A DNA stretch of 64,000 nucleotides from Macrotis lagotis (Eukaryota): assembly GCF_037893015.1 (NCBI RefSeq), contig NC_133661.1, positions 187,194,809-187,258,808 on the forward strand, read 5' to 3'. This document shows positions 39,249 through 51,941 of the stretch, one piece after another. The notes under the pieces were generated by a model that saw nothing but the letters and a program-made list of their open reading frames with translations, was not told where the DNA came from and did not search any database. The translations under genes were made by a program, and so were the position numbers. The stretch's first letter is position 1; each line of letters begins with the position of its first letter.

Positions 39249-40563
39249 TCCATTTCATTTTTAAAAATATATTTTCTAATCTAATAAACAAAAAAGAATG
39301 GACTTAAAGATGAAGAAATCAAGGGAAAAAGTTGAAGCAAACACTGACATTTGATCAATGATGAAGTCCAGTTAGTTTAGGACCTTCCTCCCAGAGGGAA
39401 GATGAGGAACAGGGACACAAAATTACTGATTAAATTGTTAATGAACCCATTCAATCCTTAAGTGCTGCTAATCCCTATTTGGTAATAATTGTATGTTTAG
39501 AGGTAACTAGGTTCTACTTACCCCAGATTAGATTATTTGTAGAGTTCTGCTTCTCTAATCTATCTAGCATTTTAAAAACATCATTCCATCCTAACTACCA
39601 TGACATTCAAAATCAGCCTGCACAGTTTTATAGAAGGGTTGGTGGCTCCAGGTTATTTCACTTTTTTTTTCTTTTTGGAACCAGAACCAGAACCTGTAGC
39701 CAGGGCATCATTGACTCAATTGATTTATATATTGTCAATTGTCATGGCCAATAAATTGGCTAATAAACTGTCAATTATCATGGTCAAAAATATTTACTTG
39801 AAATGCATTTGGAGAAACACTAGAATTATTTCCCAGTAAGTTCAAGGGCAAGGCAAAGGTATGCAGTGTTTCCTCCATTATTTGTTATAGAGCTATAAAT
39901 GGTAGCTATAACAATTAAAAAGTAAAATCAAGGGAATCAACAGATAAAGAAGTAAAATTTTTTATGGTAGCAAAAGGATATGATTGTCTAAAGAACTTCA
40001 GTAATTCAAATTCTAAAAATTATTTGAAAAAATAGTTTTAATAAAGTAGCAGGATTTAAAATATACTAACAATAAATCTCATTGCTAATCAGTTGACAAT
40101 GAGACTGTCATCATGCCTTGAAATTCTGGACTAGTCTGATAAAATCAATAAATGACATCTAAGTATGCAAAGAATTAGTATGTAGAAGATAGATGCCAAT
40201 CAGTGTTTACTAAAAAGATAAAAATAAATGGACCAAAAATGTCACAAAAGAAGATAGTGGTTAGATATCAGGAACAATATTTTTATACTTACCACATTTC
40301 AGATTAATATAGAACACAAGGGGGGAGCCCTAATGAACCTCATGAAGTGAGAAAGTGATAGATATAAATCTATGCATAAAAATTATACTCAAATGATGGG
40401 AAAATTGATTCCAAGCACAAATGAGAAAAGTTCTAGGGGAAAAAAAAGAGGATTGTAAAAGTCAAAGAGAACTAAAATGGATCAGTGAGGGTTTTTTCAC
40501 AGTATGTCATCAAGAAGGGCAAGAACTTAAAATCCAGGATATTTTGGCATAATATAGGACTTA

Positions 40564-40735
40564 AGGGCAGCTAGGTGGTGCAGTAGATAAGAACAAAGGC
40601 CCTGGAGTCAGGAGTACCTGAGTTCAAATCTGGCCTCAGACACTTAATAATTACCTAGCTGTGTGGCCTTGGGCAAGCCACTTAACCCCATTTGCCTTGC
40701 AAAATCCTAAAAAAACCAACCAAACAAACAAACAT
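40564..40735 (+). mobile_element. tRNA-derived poly-A SINE.
   Basis: TSD cataatataggactt. Confidence 0.85.
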
Positions 40736-41031
40736 AATATAGGACTTGATCAGAGAAGCAAGTGAACTTTAGGATTTATTGAGTCTAACTTTATTCTCAA
40801 TATTTCAATATTTAAAGTTATTAAACATCAATATTTTTATAATATTTATTTTTAATCAGTCATATCTGACTTTAATGTGCTTCCCCTTATTGTCTTTTGC
40901 AGATGCTGTATTTTTTAGAAATTGAAGATTTGTGGCAACCCTGCAAGATTAATGGCACCAATTTTCCAAAAGCATGTGTTCACATCACATTAATGTGTCA
41001 CATTTTGCTAATTCTCACAAATTCTCACATT

Positions 41032-41034
<3 letters not shown>

Positions 41035-41063
<29 letters not shown>

Positions 41064-41072
41064 TATTATTAT
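41035..41072. repeat. (CAT)n followed by (TAT) microsatellite.
   Basis: Direct reading. Confidence 0.9.
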
Positions 41073-41956
41073 ATCAAATATTGTGATCTGGTATTGATAT
41101 TACTATTGCTTTAGGATGCCACAACCATACCTATCCAAGATGGGCAAACATAACCAATAAATATTTATATGTTCTGACTATTCCATTGATTGCTCCCTGT
41201 CATTTTCCCTCTCCTTGGATCTCCCTATTCCTTGAGACACAACAATATTGAAATCAGGTCAATTAATAACCCTACAATGGCCTCTAAGTGTTCAAGGGAA
41301 AGGAAGAGTTAATCAGTGTGACAAATTTCATTATTATCTTATTTTAAGAAATGAACATAGCCACTACAACCTTTAGCAATACTACCCTGATCAGTCAGCA
41401 GCCATCAGGATCAAGATAAGATCCTCTAATAGGAAAAAGATTATAAATCACTACAGGCCCAGGTGACAGTTAACATTTTTAGGCAATAAAATATTTTTAA
41501 ATTAAGGTATGTATATTTTTTAGACATTATATTATTGCACATTTAATGGACTAGAATGCAGTATAAACATAATATTTATGTAAACAAGGAAACTAAAAAT
41601 TTCATGAAACTTGCTTTACTGGGGTATTTACCTTATTATAGTGCTCTGGAATCAAACCTGCAATATTTCTGAGACATGTTAGTATATGTATACATTTTAT
41701 TAGATTATAAACTCCTTGAGCTGAAAAAGACCAAATTTGAATTTCCTCCATTGTTCAGCACAGTGTTATATGCACTATGTACTTAATAAATTTTTAATGA
41801 ATGAATGAGTAAACTCCCAAAAGAGCTTAAACAAACCAAGGTATCTACTTTAAAGACCCCTAAGAATGTTAGAGGAATTTTTTTTCTAGTCTTAGAATAA
41901 GGGGAACAAAAAAAAAAGATTCCTCAAATCCCCTTTCAGTTCTGTAATTTTATCAA

Positions 41957-44641
41957 GAATTGATGATTCTGGTGGAGCCAAGATGGTGACAAGAGAGCAA
42001 CGTCTCTTAGAAGCTCTCTCATAAAACTTATAAGCTAAGGACTCTAAGTAAACTTTCAAGAGACAGAACCCACAGAGGGACCCAGTGAGGCAGTTCTCCT
42101 ACTCAAGGTAACCTGGAAAAGAACAGAAAGGCTCTGCTCCCCCGGGTCAGAGGGGTGGCCCACCAGAGCAAAAGAAATTCAGCCTCCAGGAGGCAGTCCC
42201 AGGGAGCTGGGAGCCGCGGCTCACAGTAGCGGGGGGAGTTTCCTGAGCTATGCCCTGGGAAGCACCGGGTACAAATTGGGGGAACAGCAGGGGGACCTCT
42301 GCCAGAGTGAGCACATGAAGCCCAGCCCTCAGGGCACACAGCGAACAAGTGGTCTTTCCCCAGCCCAGATCCAGGAACAGAAGCAGGCAGAGCCAGTAAG
42401 CAGGACCCCCAGGGCATGAGCCCATTGAACCTAGCGGAGGGGAGTGAAGAGAGACTGCCCAGCTCTGTCCTCTGCCCCTGGAAAAGGACCCTGGAAAAGG
42501 ACTCTGGGGTTCTGACCACATTCAGATCCTGATCACAGTCTAGGCCCCCCATAGAACAGCAGGGCACCCTCCACCTCAGCCCCATGACAGAGGGGGGCGT
42601 ATATGGTCATTCACAGACCAGGAGGGAGGACAGAGCCTCACACACTGAAACCCTTGTGGGAGTGTCCCAAAAGCTCAGGAAGCACCCCAAAACCAGGCTC
42701 AGACTGGGAAAATGAGCAAGCAGAGAAACAAGAGGAAGACCATTGAGAAATATTTTCCATATGAACCCAAGAAGGATCAAAATACTCAGTCTGAAGATGA
42801 GGAAGCACAAGTTCCTGCATCTAAGGACTCCAAGAAAAACAGAAATTGGGCTCAGGCTATGACAGAGCTCAAAAAAAGACTTTGAAAATCAAATGAGGGA
42901 GTTAGAAGAAAAACTGGGAAAAGAAAGGAGAGAGATGCAGGAAAAACATGAAAATGAAGTCAGCAGCCTAGTCAAGGAAATCCAAAAAAATGCTGAAGAA
43001 AATAACATGCTAAAAACCAGCTTAGGTCAAATGGATAAAACAGTTCAAAAAGTTATTGAGGAGAAGAATGCTTTAAAAAGCAAAATTGGCCAGATGGAAA
43101 AAGAGATAAGAAAACTCTCTGAGGAGAACAAATTCTTCAGACAAAGAACAGAACTCAGGGAGACTGATGAATTTACAAGAAATCAGGAATCAATACTTCA
43201 AAACCAAAAAAATGAAAAATTAAAAGAAAATGTGAAATATCTCATTGAAAAAACAACTGATATGGAAAACAGACTTAGGAAAGATAATTTAAAAATTATT
43301 AGAATACCTGAAAGTCATGATCAGGAAAAGAGCCTTGACATCATTTTCAAAGAATTGCTACAGGAAAATTGCCCTGATAGTCTAGAAGCAGAGGGCAAAA
43401 TAGAAATGGAGAGAATCTACCGATTGCCCTGAGAAAGAGATCCCAAAAAACCAACCCCTAGGAATATTATAGCCAAGTTCCAGAACTCCCAAGTCAAAGA
43501 GAAAATATTACAAGCAGCCAGAAGAACATAGTTCAAATACTGTGGAGCTGCAGTCAAGATCACACAGGACTTAGCAGCAACTACATTGGAAGCTCATAGG
43601 GCTTGGAATATAATACACCAGAAGGCAAAAGAGCTTAGAATGAAGCCAAGAATCAATTACCCAGCAAAACTGAATGTCCTCTTCCAGGAAAAAAGATGGA
43701 CTTTCAATGAACCAGGGGAATTTCAAATGTTCCTGTTGGAATGGCTAGAGCTGAACAGAAGGTTTGATCTTCAGATATAGGACTCAGGTGAAGCATAGAG
43801 ATTGGAGGAGAAGGGGAAAATATGAGGGACTTAACGATGATGAACTGCATGTATTCCTGCATAGAAAAATGACACTGATAATACTCATATGAACCTTCTC
43901 AGTTAATAGAGCAGGTAGAGGGAGCTTTTATAGTTGAAGCACAGAAGAAAGCTGAATTTGAAGATAAAATATGGTGTAAAAATGTAGTCAATAGAAAAAA
44001 AAGGGAAATGTGATGGGAGAAAGAAAAAGGAGAGGAGGGAATAGGCCAAGATATCTCATATGATAAGTTTTTTCTTTAGTACAATGAGCTATTGCAATGA
44101 TATGGAAGGGGGGAAGGCAAGGGAGAATGAGGGAATCTTCACTCTCATCAGAGGTGGCTAGGAGAGGAAACAGCATATATACTCAATGGGGTATAGACAT
44201 CTAGAGTAAGAAGAAAAGGGGGGACAGGTGGAAGGGGGGGGATGTGAGTGATGGAGGAAAGGATGGACCCTGGGGGGAGAGTGGTCAGATATAACACATT
44301 TTCCTTTTTACTTCTAGCAAGGGGCTGGGATTGGATGGCCTGTCCAGGACCATAGGGCCAGGTGGATGCTGGGCCTAAGGGGTGGTAGGGGGCTCAGGGC
44401 CTCTTGGCCCCAGGACCAGGGATCTGTCTGCTGTGCCACTCATCTACCCTACAGTAGAGTCAGAGTGAAAGTAGAGAGAAAATATAGTATACATGGTAGT
44501 GGAGAAATATGAAGGGAGGGAGTTGTGATCAGCAATGGCAACAGTGGAAAAATATGGAATCAACTTTTGCAATGGACTTACCATAAAGAATGTGATCTAT
44601 CCGCGACAGAGTTGTTGGTGTTGGAACAAAGACTGAAGCAC

Positions 44642-44687
<46 letters not shown>

Positions 44688-45204
44688 TGGGGGGGTGCAG
44701 GGCAAATGGGGCTGGGTGGCCTGCTCGGAGCTACATAGTAGGGTGATCTTTGGGTGTCTGAGGCTGAATTCGGACCCAGGTGCTCCTGGCTCAAGGGCCA
44801 ATGCTCTGTCCACCACCCAGCCACCCCTACTACCATTATTACTATTTTTATTTTATTTTGGGTCTTTTTTTTCTTTTTTTTTTTTTGGTTTTTGCAGGGA
44901 ATTGGGGTTGGGGTGGCTTGCATGTCACACAGCTGGGTGATTGTTGGGTGTATGAGGCCAGATATGGGCTCGGGTTCTCCTGGATACAGGACTGGGGCTC
45001 CGTCCATTGCGCCATCTGGCCATACCTACAATTATTACTATTATTTTTTATTTTAATTTTTTTTCTCCCCTTTACTTTATCGCTCAAGCGAGTCTATATT
45101 TTGTGGGGAGAGGGGGTATTCTGTTTACTCTTAAACAAGAATATTTTATTAATGTATAAAAAAACATTATTTGTATAAAAAGAGAATAAATAAATATAAA
45201 AAAA
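41957..45204 (+). mobile_element. Half-L1 (HAL1-like) composite element, copy 2.
   Basis: Composition in order: L1 5' end (ggtggagccaagatggtgac...), a GC-rich 5'UTR, ORF1 (42893-43432, 179 aa, coiled-coil ORF1p-like, terminated), a ~1 kb non-ORF2 tail, (TTA)n, two SINE-like modules, and an A-rich tail. Flanked by the TSD aagaattgatgattct at 41940-41955 and 45207-45223. Confidence 0.7.
44645..44688. repeat. (TTA)n microsatellite internal to HAL1 copy 2. Its homologue in copy 1 is (TTA)n(TAG)n at 31846-31896.
   Basis: Direct reading. Confidence 0.9.
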
Positions 45205-45223
45205 AAGAATTGCTGATTCTTGC

Positions 45224-45390
45224 GGGCGGCTAGGTAGCATAGTGGATAAAGCACTGGCTTGGAGTCAGGAGTACCTGGGTTCAAATCCAGACTCAGACAC
45301 TTAATAATTACCTAGCTGTGTGGCTTTGGGCAAGCCACTTAATCCCATTTGCCTTACAAAAACCTAAAAAACAAGAAACAACAACAACAA
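45224..45390 (+). mobile_element. tRNA-derived poly-A SINE inserted about 15 nt into the intron after the donor of the 45413-46796 exon.
   Basis: TSD gaattg(c/a)tgattctt at 45209-45223 and 45396-45410. This is the same target as the TSD of the adjacent HAL1-like element. Confidence 0.85.
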
Positions 45391-45412
45391 AAAAGAATTG
45401 ATGATTCTTACC

Positions 45413-46796
45413 AATTCAGTTTTCTCCTTACAGGCTGAGACCTCAGAGGACAAAGAATTTGTAGTTTCTGGCACTTGAATCTTCACCAAACATTGGAGTT
45501 CTTTAGCAAAAGTGAAAAGAACTGTGGCTCCAATCCCAGAAAGGTATTCTTGTACTCCTCTGTGCCATACAGGGATGCTTCTCACAGTCAATAAATCTAG
45601 ATCAGCTTGAACAACTCCTTTGGCCTCTTTTACATGTCTTCTCAGTCCTTTTAGTTTCAAGGTTAAAGTAGAATGACTCGTCTGAATCCAAATATTCACC
45701 TTTAAGTCTCCCCAGTTCATTATCTGAAACAGATTTTCTTTTGCTTCAGCCAGTTCTGGTCGAGGGGAAATAATTCTGTCTTCAGTAATTGAATAACTCA
45801 TCAAATATTCCCTAATATTGGTCTCTGCCTCAGTTACTTCAACCCTAGTGCCCACTATGACCACTGAAGTCAAGATATCTTGCAGTGATTTGACACTATA
45901 AAAAGTGACTTTCTTTTGACTTCTTAGTGCTATCAGTAGAGCTTCCCATTCCAGGCCATTGACTGCCCACTGGACCTCTTCCCCTATATCAACCTTCTTC
46001 TCATAAACTAAACTCTTCAGTAAATTTTCTGCTTGAACCAGTTCTCCAAAGTCAAGCCCCCAAATCCCAACTCCATCAGAAATGTTCAACACTGCTGAAA
46101 TATCTCGAGCAAGGAAAAAATTTTCATTAAAGAGTTCTTCCTGGAGGCTTTGGATAAATTGCACTTGGAATGGGGAAAGTGAGACTGGCCAGTTCTTAAA
46201 ACCAACCAGCAGACTATAAAACTGCTTCTCCACCTCAAGTACATCTTTTCGGCGCCCCTGAAAAGTGATCATACCAAAAGGACCTTCCTCCAAGGTTATA
46301 GAAACTGGAGTGTGAGGAAAAATAAACATTTTGTTTATTGTGTTTTTGACCACTGTGTATCTAGGCAGATGGAGAATAGGATGTTCCACACACACTGGCT
46401 TTTCATTGAAAGTCATTTCCTGAACATATTGTAAAAACATCTTCACTGCCTCAGTTGGCCCTACAAAGCGTGGACCTTCATATTCTCGTATGGTTGCAAA
46501 AGACTTCACTAACAATGGTTGTTTTTTTAAAACATTCAGAATATCTGAGTTGTTCTCATAGTGAACAGCATATCTCTTCTTAATTTTCTGAAAAGTATCC
46601 TCCACAGCTTTCTCCCAGTTGGATGGGTCTAGTTGTTCCCCTTCTGCTAAAAATTTAAGCACTCCCAAAGAAGCACAAGTTTGGAATACACAGTCTATCT
46701 TCCTTAAGTCTTCTTCAAACTCTTGGAAAACAATTGGGGAGTCATTAAGGTACTGGACAAAAGCTGGGTCTTCTTTCTGACAGAGACTAATGACTT
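45413..46796 (-). CDS. PARP14-like: PARP14-like gene, second large coding exon (KH-like / pre-macro region).
   Basis: 434-codon open frame. Acceptor ttttcctttctcctag| lies at 46797-46800. Donor AAAACTGAATTG|GTAAGA lies at 45411-45412. PFQVQFIQSLQEELF...FLARDISAVL and ITFQGRRKDVLEVEKQ regions align with human PARP14 SPEIFQFLQQVNWKEF...FIAQKILAL and LCLKGPSADVYKAKCEIQ. The ORF-track tail LLLLFLVF is read-through into an intronic SINE poly-A. Confidence 0.75.
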
Positions 46797-46879
46797 CTAG
46801 GAGAAAGGAAAACAGTGTTGACCTGAAGGGTTTAATTAAAAATCAATTTTCTTAGTCTTCACTCTTTTCATTTATAGTA

Positions 46880-47150
46880 TTATGTAGCTAAGTGGACTTG
46901 GGGCATAGAGGATAGTGTGCTAGGTTTAGAACCATAACAAACTTTGTTCAAATCTGCTTCAGATACCTATCAACTGTGTGGTCTTGAGCAAATTGTTTCA
47001 CTTTTCTCAGCCTCACTAATCTCATCTGAAAAATGGGGTAATGTAATACATAATATTGTCTCATATAAAATGAGATAATATTTGTAAAGCATTTGACAGG
47101 GTGCCTGAAACTTGTAGGTGCTTTATAAATATTTATTTCTTTCCCTACTT
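46880..47150. repeat. MIR-type SINE in the long intron.
   Basis: cagcctcactaatctcatctgaaaaatggggtaatg...aaagcatttgacagggtgcctgaaac...aaatatttatt. Confidence 0.65.
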
Positions 47151-49212
47151 AATAAGATTCTTGTAAAGATTACAAAATATGAGTGAAGTGCTTTAAAATG
47201 CTTTATATTTTATAAAACATAGTTTATAAAACTAACTTTATAAAGTTAGTTATTATTACTATTAATAAATTGAGGTGGTTGGATTTGACCTCTTGAAATC
47301 TCTTCCATCTCAAAAATCAATGATCCTATGAATCCCTCCCTTCTCCTTGATACTCTTGGCTTTCTTGACACTATACTCTCTTAAACCTCCTCTTTTGTTG
47401 ATATTAATCTATTCCCTCTCTCTCTCCCTCACCTTTGTTCATTTGTCTTCCTTATTATGAACCTTAAATGTGAGTTCTCCTCAAGATTTTTCCCATAGTC
47501 TTCTGTTTTTCTTTTTTAAATACTTCTTTCCTCTGAGTGCTCATTTATTACCATTGTCTTCAAGAACGACACCTTTGGAAATGACTTCCAAATCTGTATT
47601 TTTGTGCCAAATATACCTGCAGATTTATTAAGATTCTCTATCTTCTGGCCCTATTTTACCCATCCAATCCTTTCTTCCACAAATTTCCAACATGAATTCT
47701 CTTTTAAAATCATGATATTCCAAAGACACCAGGACAAAGCCCTTTGTTTACACCTCTCCATTACCCTAAAATGTCTTATCTATCACTTTCTTGCTTATTC
47801 AAATACAACCTTATCAAGATTTAGATCAAATATCATCTCTTCTCTGTCTTCTCTGAACAATATTATCTTTACCCTTAGTATTTAATTTCATCTTAAACAT
47901 TAATGAATATATCTATATGTTTACATATATATGTACATATTGTATATACATATACATATACACATACAAGAAAGGGACTAAATGTGTTTTTTCTTTTTTC
48001 TTTTCCTTTTTATATAAATTTATTGTTTCCAATGAAAAACACTTATTTTCTATAATTTTTTATATTTTTATATTTTCTGGGATATTTATATAACTGTGAT
48101 TTCTTTAACATAGAATATACCCAGATGAGTAAACTACCTTTATCAGTGCTAGAAATCACCTTCTCAGCAATTTATGCTCTTGGAAGTTGGAAGTTGAAAG
48201 AATAAGTGATTTGACCAAAGAATGTGTCAGAAGTGGGGGTTGAATCAAAAGGTCTTCCTGGATCTAAGGTCAGATCTCAATTTAATTTACCATGCTTCCC
48301 TCCACAAAGAAAATTTATCAATGATTAAAGACATATATGTGCATGTATAAAATATTTATAAATCTCTCTTTCTATTGTTATATAACTTACTCACACATGC
48401 CATTAAATAATGATTAATGACTTATATGCCTCCATCAGCAAAGATTATAACCTCAGCATCATTTTGATAGTGTCTTTAGAGATACTTCTGTTACAAAAAT
48501 CATCACTCTGCTACCAGTCAGGTGATGGGTTCATCTCCAAACTTAGTGAGATGGTCTCAATGGTATTTTTTGTTTGAGGCCTTCCAATTTAGTAAGACTT
48601 GGTAGAATAAGTACTGAATTTACATAGCCTTTGAGAATCCAAGTATTAAAGGAAGCCCTCAGGGGAGGATAGACATATATAATTCCTACATACTGAACTA
48701 CTAATTGTATTATGCTAGTCCTGCCACATCAATTAAATTGTAAACTCTTTCAGAGCAGGAGGGTCTTACACTTCTATTTCTTCTCCAATAGAACTAGATG
48801 TACAGAAGGTAGACGATATTTATTGGTTAATTATCTTAAGATTGAGACTCTAATATATCTGAAAAAACCACTAGGGTTAAGTAATAGAGTCAATATTTAT
48901 CAATTAAAGTCAGTTATTAAATAGCATATGAAGCAGAGGGTTAATATAATCTGAATTCATTTTAGTTTTTCTTTCTTTTTTTGTGAAGGGTAATGGGATT
49001 AAGTAACTTGTTCAAAGTCACACAGCTAATAATGTTTGACCTTCATTTTCAAAGAAGACCATGATATCAGGGAGGTGATGTCATAACAAGCACATGATTT
49101 GGATTTGAGTGAGGGGGTGCTGGACTAGGTCACAAGTCTCACTTTCTCCCCCAGAGCCATCTGGATCCAGTGGCTGGATATGAAATAGGACCTCAGGAGA
49201 TGGCCCTGGATG

Positions 49213-49450
49213 GGAGGCAATCACGGTTACGTGACTTGCCCAAGGTCACACAGCTAGTTAGTGGCAAGTGTCTGAGGCCAGATTCAAACTCCTGTTCTCC
49301 TGACTTCAAGGCCAGTGCTCTATTCACTGCACCATCCAACCAACCATCTTCTGCTAAGTGTGACTTGCACATAGCTAGTAATTATTAAGTATCTGAGCCA
49401 GATTTGAACTCAGGTTTTCCTGATTCCAGGACCAGTGCTCTCTCCACTGA
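49213..49450 (-). mobile_element. Two adjacent diverged SINE fragments of the same family.
   Basis: ttacgtgacttgcccaaggtcacacagctagttagtggcaagtgtctgaggccagattcaaactc.... Confidence 0.6.
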
Positions 49451-50547
49451 CCCTTTAGTTTTTCTTTCTTTTGCCTTACTAACTAGTAAGGATAGAAGTT
49501 GAAAAGTAAAGCATGAAGTATTTCATAACTGCAATAGGTACATAGATTTCTGTGACCTTTAGTCTAAGGCCCTTGGAAGTGTGAGGAAGTAAGTTAAGAA
49601 GTACCATATTAATAAACATAATAGATTAAATGAAAATTTTGAAGACAGGAAATGTTTGTGAATGAGAAGAAGCATGAATTCTCTGGAAAACTGAATAATG
49701 TCAACTCTATGAGATTCCCACTTTACTTACCAGGAGGGGTTCTGAAAACTTCAGTCACCTGAAAGGGAAAGAAAGAAGAAATCTTACATATTTAAAACAA
49801 ATAAAGATCAAGCAAACAAAAGAAACTATGCCACTTAATAAACATTGAAGCATTGCATCTCTCTTCTAGAAGGCTCTAAAAGTCTCTGGATTTGACTGTG
49901 TAAATAAATATAAATAAATAAATACTTAAATACTTTTATATTTGTCTTCTCAGGTACCCTCGGCTCTTAGACATTAGATCTACAATTACAAATCAACAAT
50001 CTGAACAGGTGACAATACTATGCACTTAATGTCATTGACTTTTATTTTTATTATTGTTTCTGTGGGGGAAGACTCATATTTAAAACCTCAGTTGACTCTG
50101 GTCCATCTCCAATCAGCAATCTACTGAACTTTGAGAGAGGATAGCCATCTGTCCTCAAACTCCCTTGCTTAGATTCCACCAGTAGAGCTCTATTAATTTG
50201 CATTAACCAGATTTTTCCATTAAAATGCAAATCTGCCTAAGAGAAGTAATACACTCATCTAGGCAATTAAGTTTTTCACACTTACAGTGTGAATTTATTT
50301 TACCAGGTTGAATCACTCCAAAAAGCTAAGTGAGAGTAACATTGCCCTTGGGGAAAGGAAAGTTGGCACAGAAAGGGGGGGGGTCTGACTTTGGAGCAAA
50401 GGAACAATTCAGAAAGCAAAAACTAGCGATACTGGGGCTCCTGATAATAAGCAATTGAGGACCCTGGGACTAAAACAGTGGTGGTATCAGAACTGTACAA
50501 GACCCAGAAAAGAAAGATTTAAACTTTTGTCTAAAGTATCTCTATCA

Positions 50548-50727
50548 GGGCAGCTAGGTGGTACAGTGGATAAAGCACCAGCCCTGGAGTCAGGAGTCAG
50601 GAGTACCTGAGTTCAAATCCAGCCTCAGACACTTAATAATTACCCAGCTGTGTGGCCTTGGGCAAGCCACTTAACCCCATTGCCTTGAAAAACTAAAAAA
50701 AGCTAAAATAAAAAAATAAAGTATCTC
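50548..50727 (+). mobile_element. tRNA-derived poly-A SINE with an internal 7-bp duplication (gagtcaggagtcagg).
   Basis: TSD aaagtatctctatc. Confidence 0.85.
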
Positions 50728-51678
50728 TATCCATGATGGTTGGTATTGGATTCACTGAAACTTTACCTTCTGAGGATTGGTTGCTCTTAAGGGCTGTACT
50801 ATCTGTACTAGTTTCATCCATGTATTTGGTTTTTGTTTTATGAAGTTATTGATCTCTTCTAACATAATGTGCAAGGGATTGGAATTCCCAGGAGTCTCCA
50901 GGTCTAACATGGGAAAGGAAATGGATTCCAGAAAAGAACCAAGGAAATTCTTCAAGCAGTTCCAGATCACCTGCTGAATGACCTGTTGAAATATGTAACA
51001 ATCATGATATTTAAAGTACTTATAAATATAATTACAACAATTTATAACTCTAGTTAAAATGCAAGAATATGTAGCCTGTCTGTCTCCATAAAAATGTCTG
51101 CTCTTTGGTGGGAAGCAACAGAAGCTGGGGCAAAGGTTTATATGGGAAGCAGGATCAAGCATATGGGATGTACTTTGGCAATCGTACCCATGTTGCTGAT
51201 TCAGTATATACTTAAAAGGAAGACACAAGGAACTGTTAGAGGAAGTAGGAAGTTGCCAGAGTTGTATATGTGTCAGGAAAAGGACCATAAAGCACTTCTG
51301 CTCCTGAAGTTCAAGACATTTTTGTATGTTACCCCATTCCTTCAATCAATATAAATTTACCTACAAAATGTTTAGGGTACAATGGTGGATACTATAGATA
51401 CAAAAACAGAAAAGACAAAATTCTGAACCTCATGGAGAGGCTAACCTGCTTATTGTCTAGTTGGTTAGATGAAATGTGCACATGTAAAAAATTAACAATC
51501 TAAGATAAATATAGCAATGGACATCAAATCCATGAGAAGTTGTTTCTCCTATGTAGATTAGATCAAAGTAAACAGAAGGGAAGGAAAGACTGATAATGGG
51601 CAGGAAGTTCCCACTAACTGTACTTCATTAGATGATGTTTAGAAAAAACAAACATTATTCAAAATAGTAAAAAAAAAG

Positions 51679-51683
51679 CACAC

Positions 51684-51744
<61 letters not shown>

Positions 51745-51745
51745 G
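51679..51745. repeat. (CA)n(TA)n compound microsatellite.
   Basis: Direct reading. Confidence 0.95.
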
Positions 51746-51941
51746 TATACATATTTGAAGCAATAGGGAAGGAACAAGTAGATAGAGGGGAAGTTCTGTC
51801 TTAATTATTTAGTTCATCATTTTATACAATTTTGGAGACACTGGGAAACTGGAAATAGCCCTGCATTAAGAGGGATTTAAGAGAGTCCCTTCCAGTAAGA
51901 TCTCACCCATCTGACTCCTCTATAAAAGGCAAATAAACAGG

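Noticed and set aside
39500-39660. Minus-strand ORF ending at a perfect donor (aatctggg|gtaagtag) encoding LGWNDVFKMLDRLEKQNSTNNLIW
   Set aside because: Its upstream acceptor is poor, and its phase (+1) is incompatible with the next candidate exon downstream (38739, phase 0). No similarity to macro-domain sequence. It is probably a cryptic site.
42103-42585. 160-aa and 124-aa minus-strand ORFs (also 28828-29265) in GC-rich sequence
   Set aside because: They lie in the GC-rich L1/HAL1 5'UTR, where long spurious ORFs are expected. Both elements are duplicated repeats, and their translations show no protein-like features.
45364-46668. ORF-track start (M) and end of the 434-aa ORF, and similar M starts at 55172 and 37096
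   Set aside because: The reported M is a TTG at 46666-46668 (also at 55170-55172 and 37094-37096), because the track uses alternative start codons. The true exon extends upstream to an acceptor at 46797. The C-terminal LLLLFLVF is read-through into an intronic SINE poly-A after the real donor at 45412.
50752-51345. 197-aa minus-strand ORF in the long intron
   Set aside because: It is AT-rich and Cys/Tyr/Asn-rich with no recognisable domain or splice signals. One such ORF is expected by chance in 64 kb of AT-rich DNA at this length. It sits in an intron between two exons that join in frame without it.
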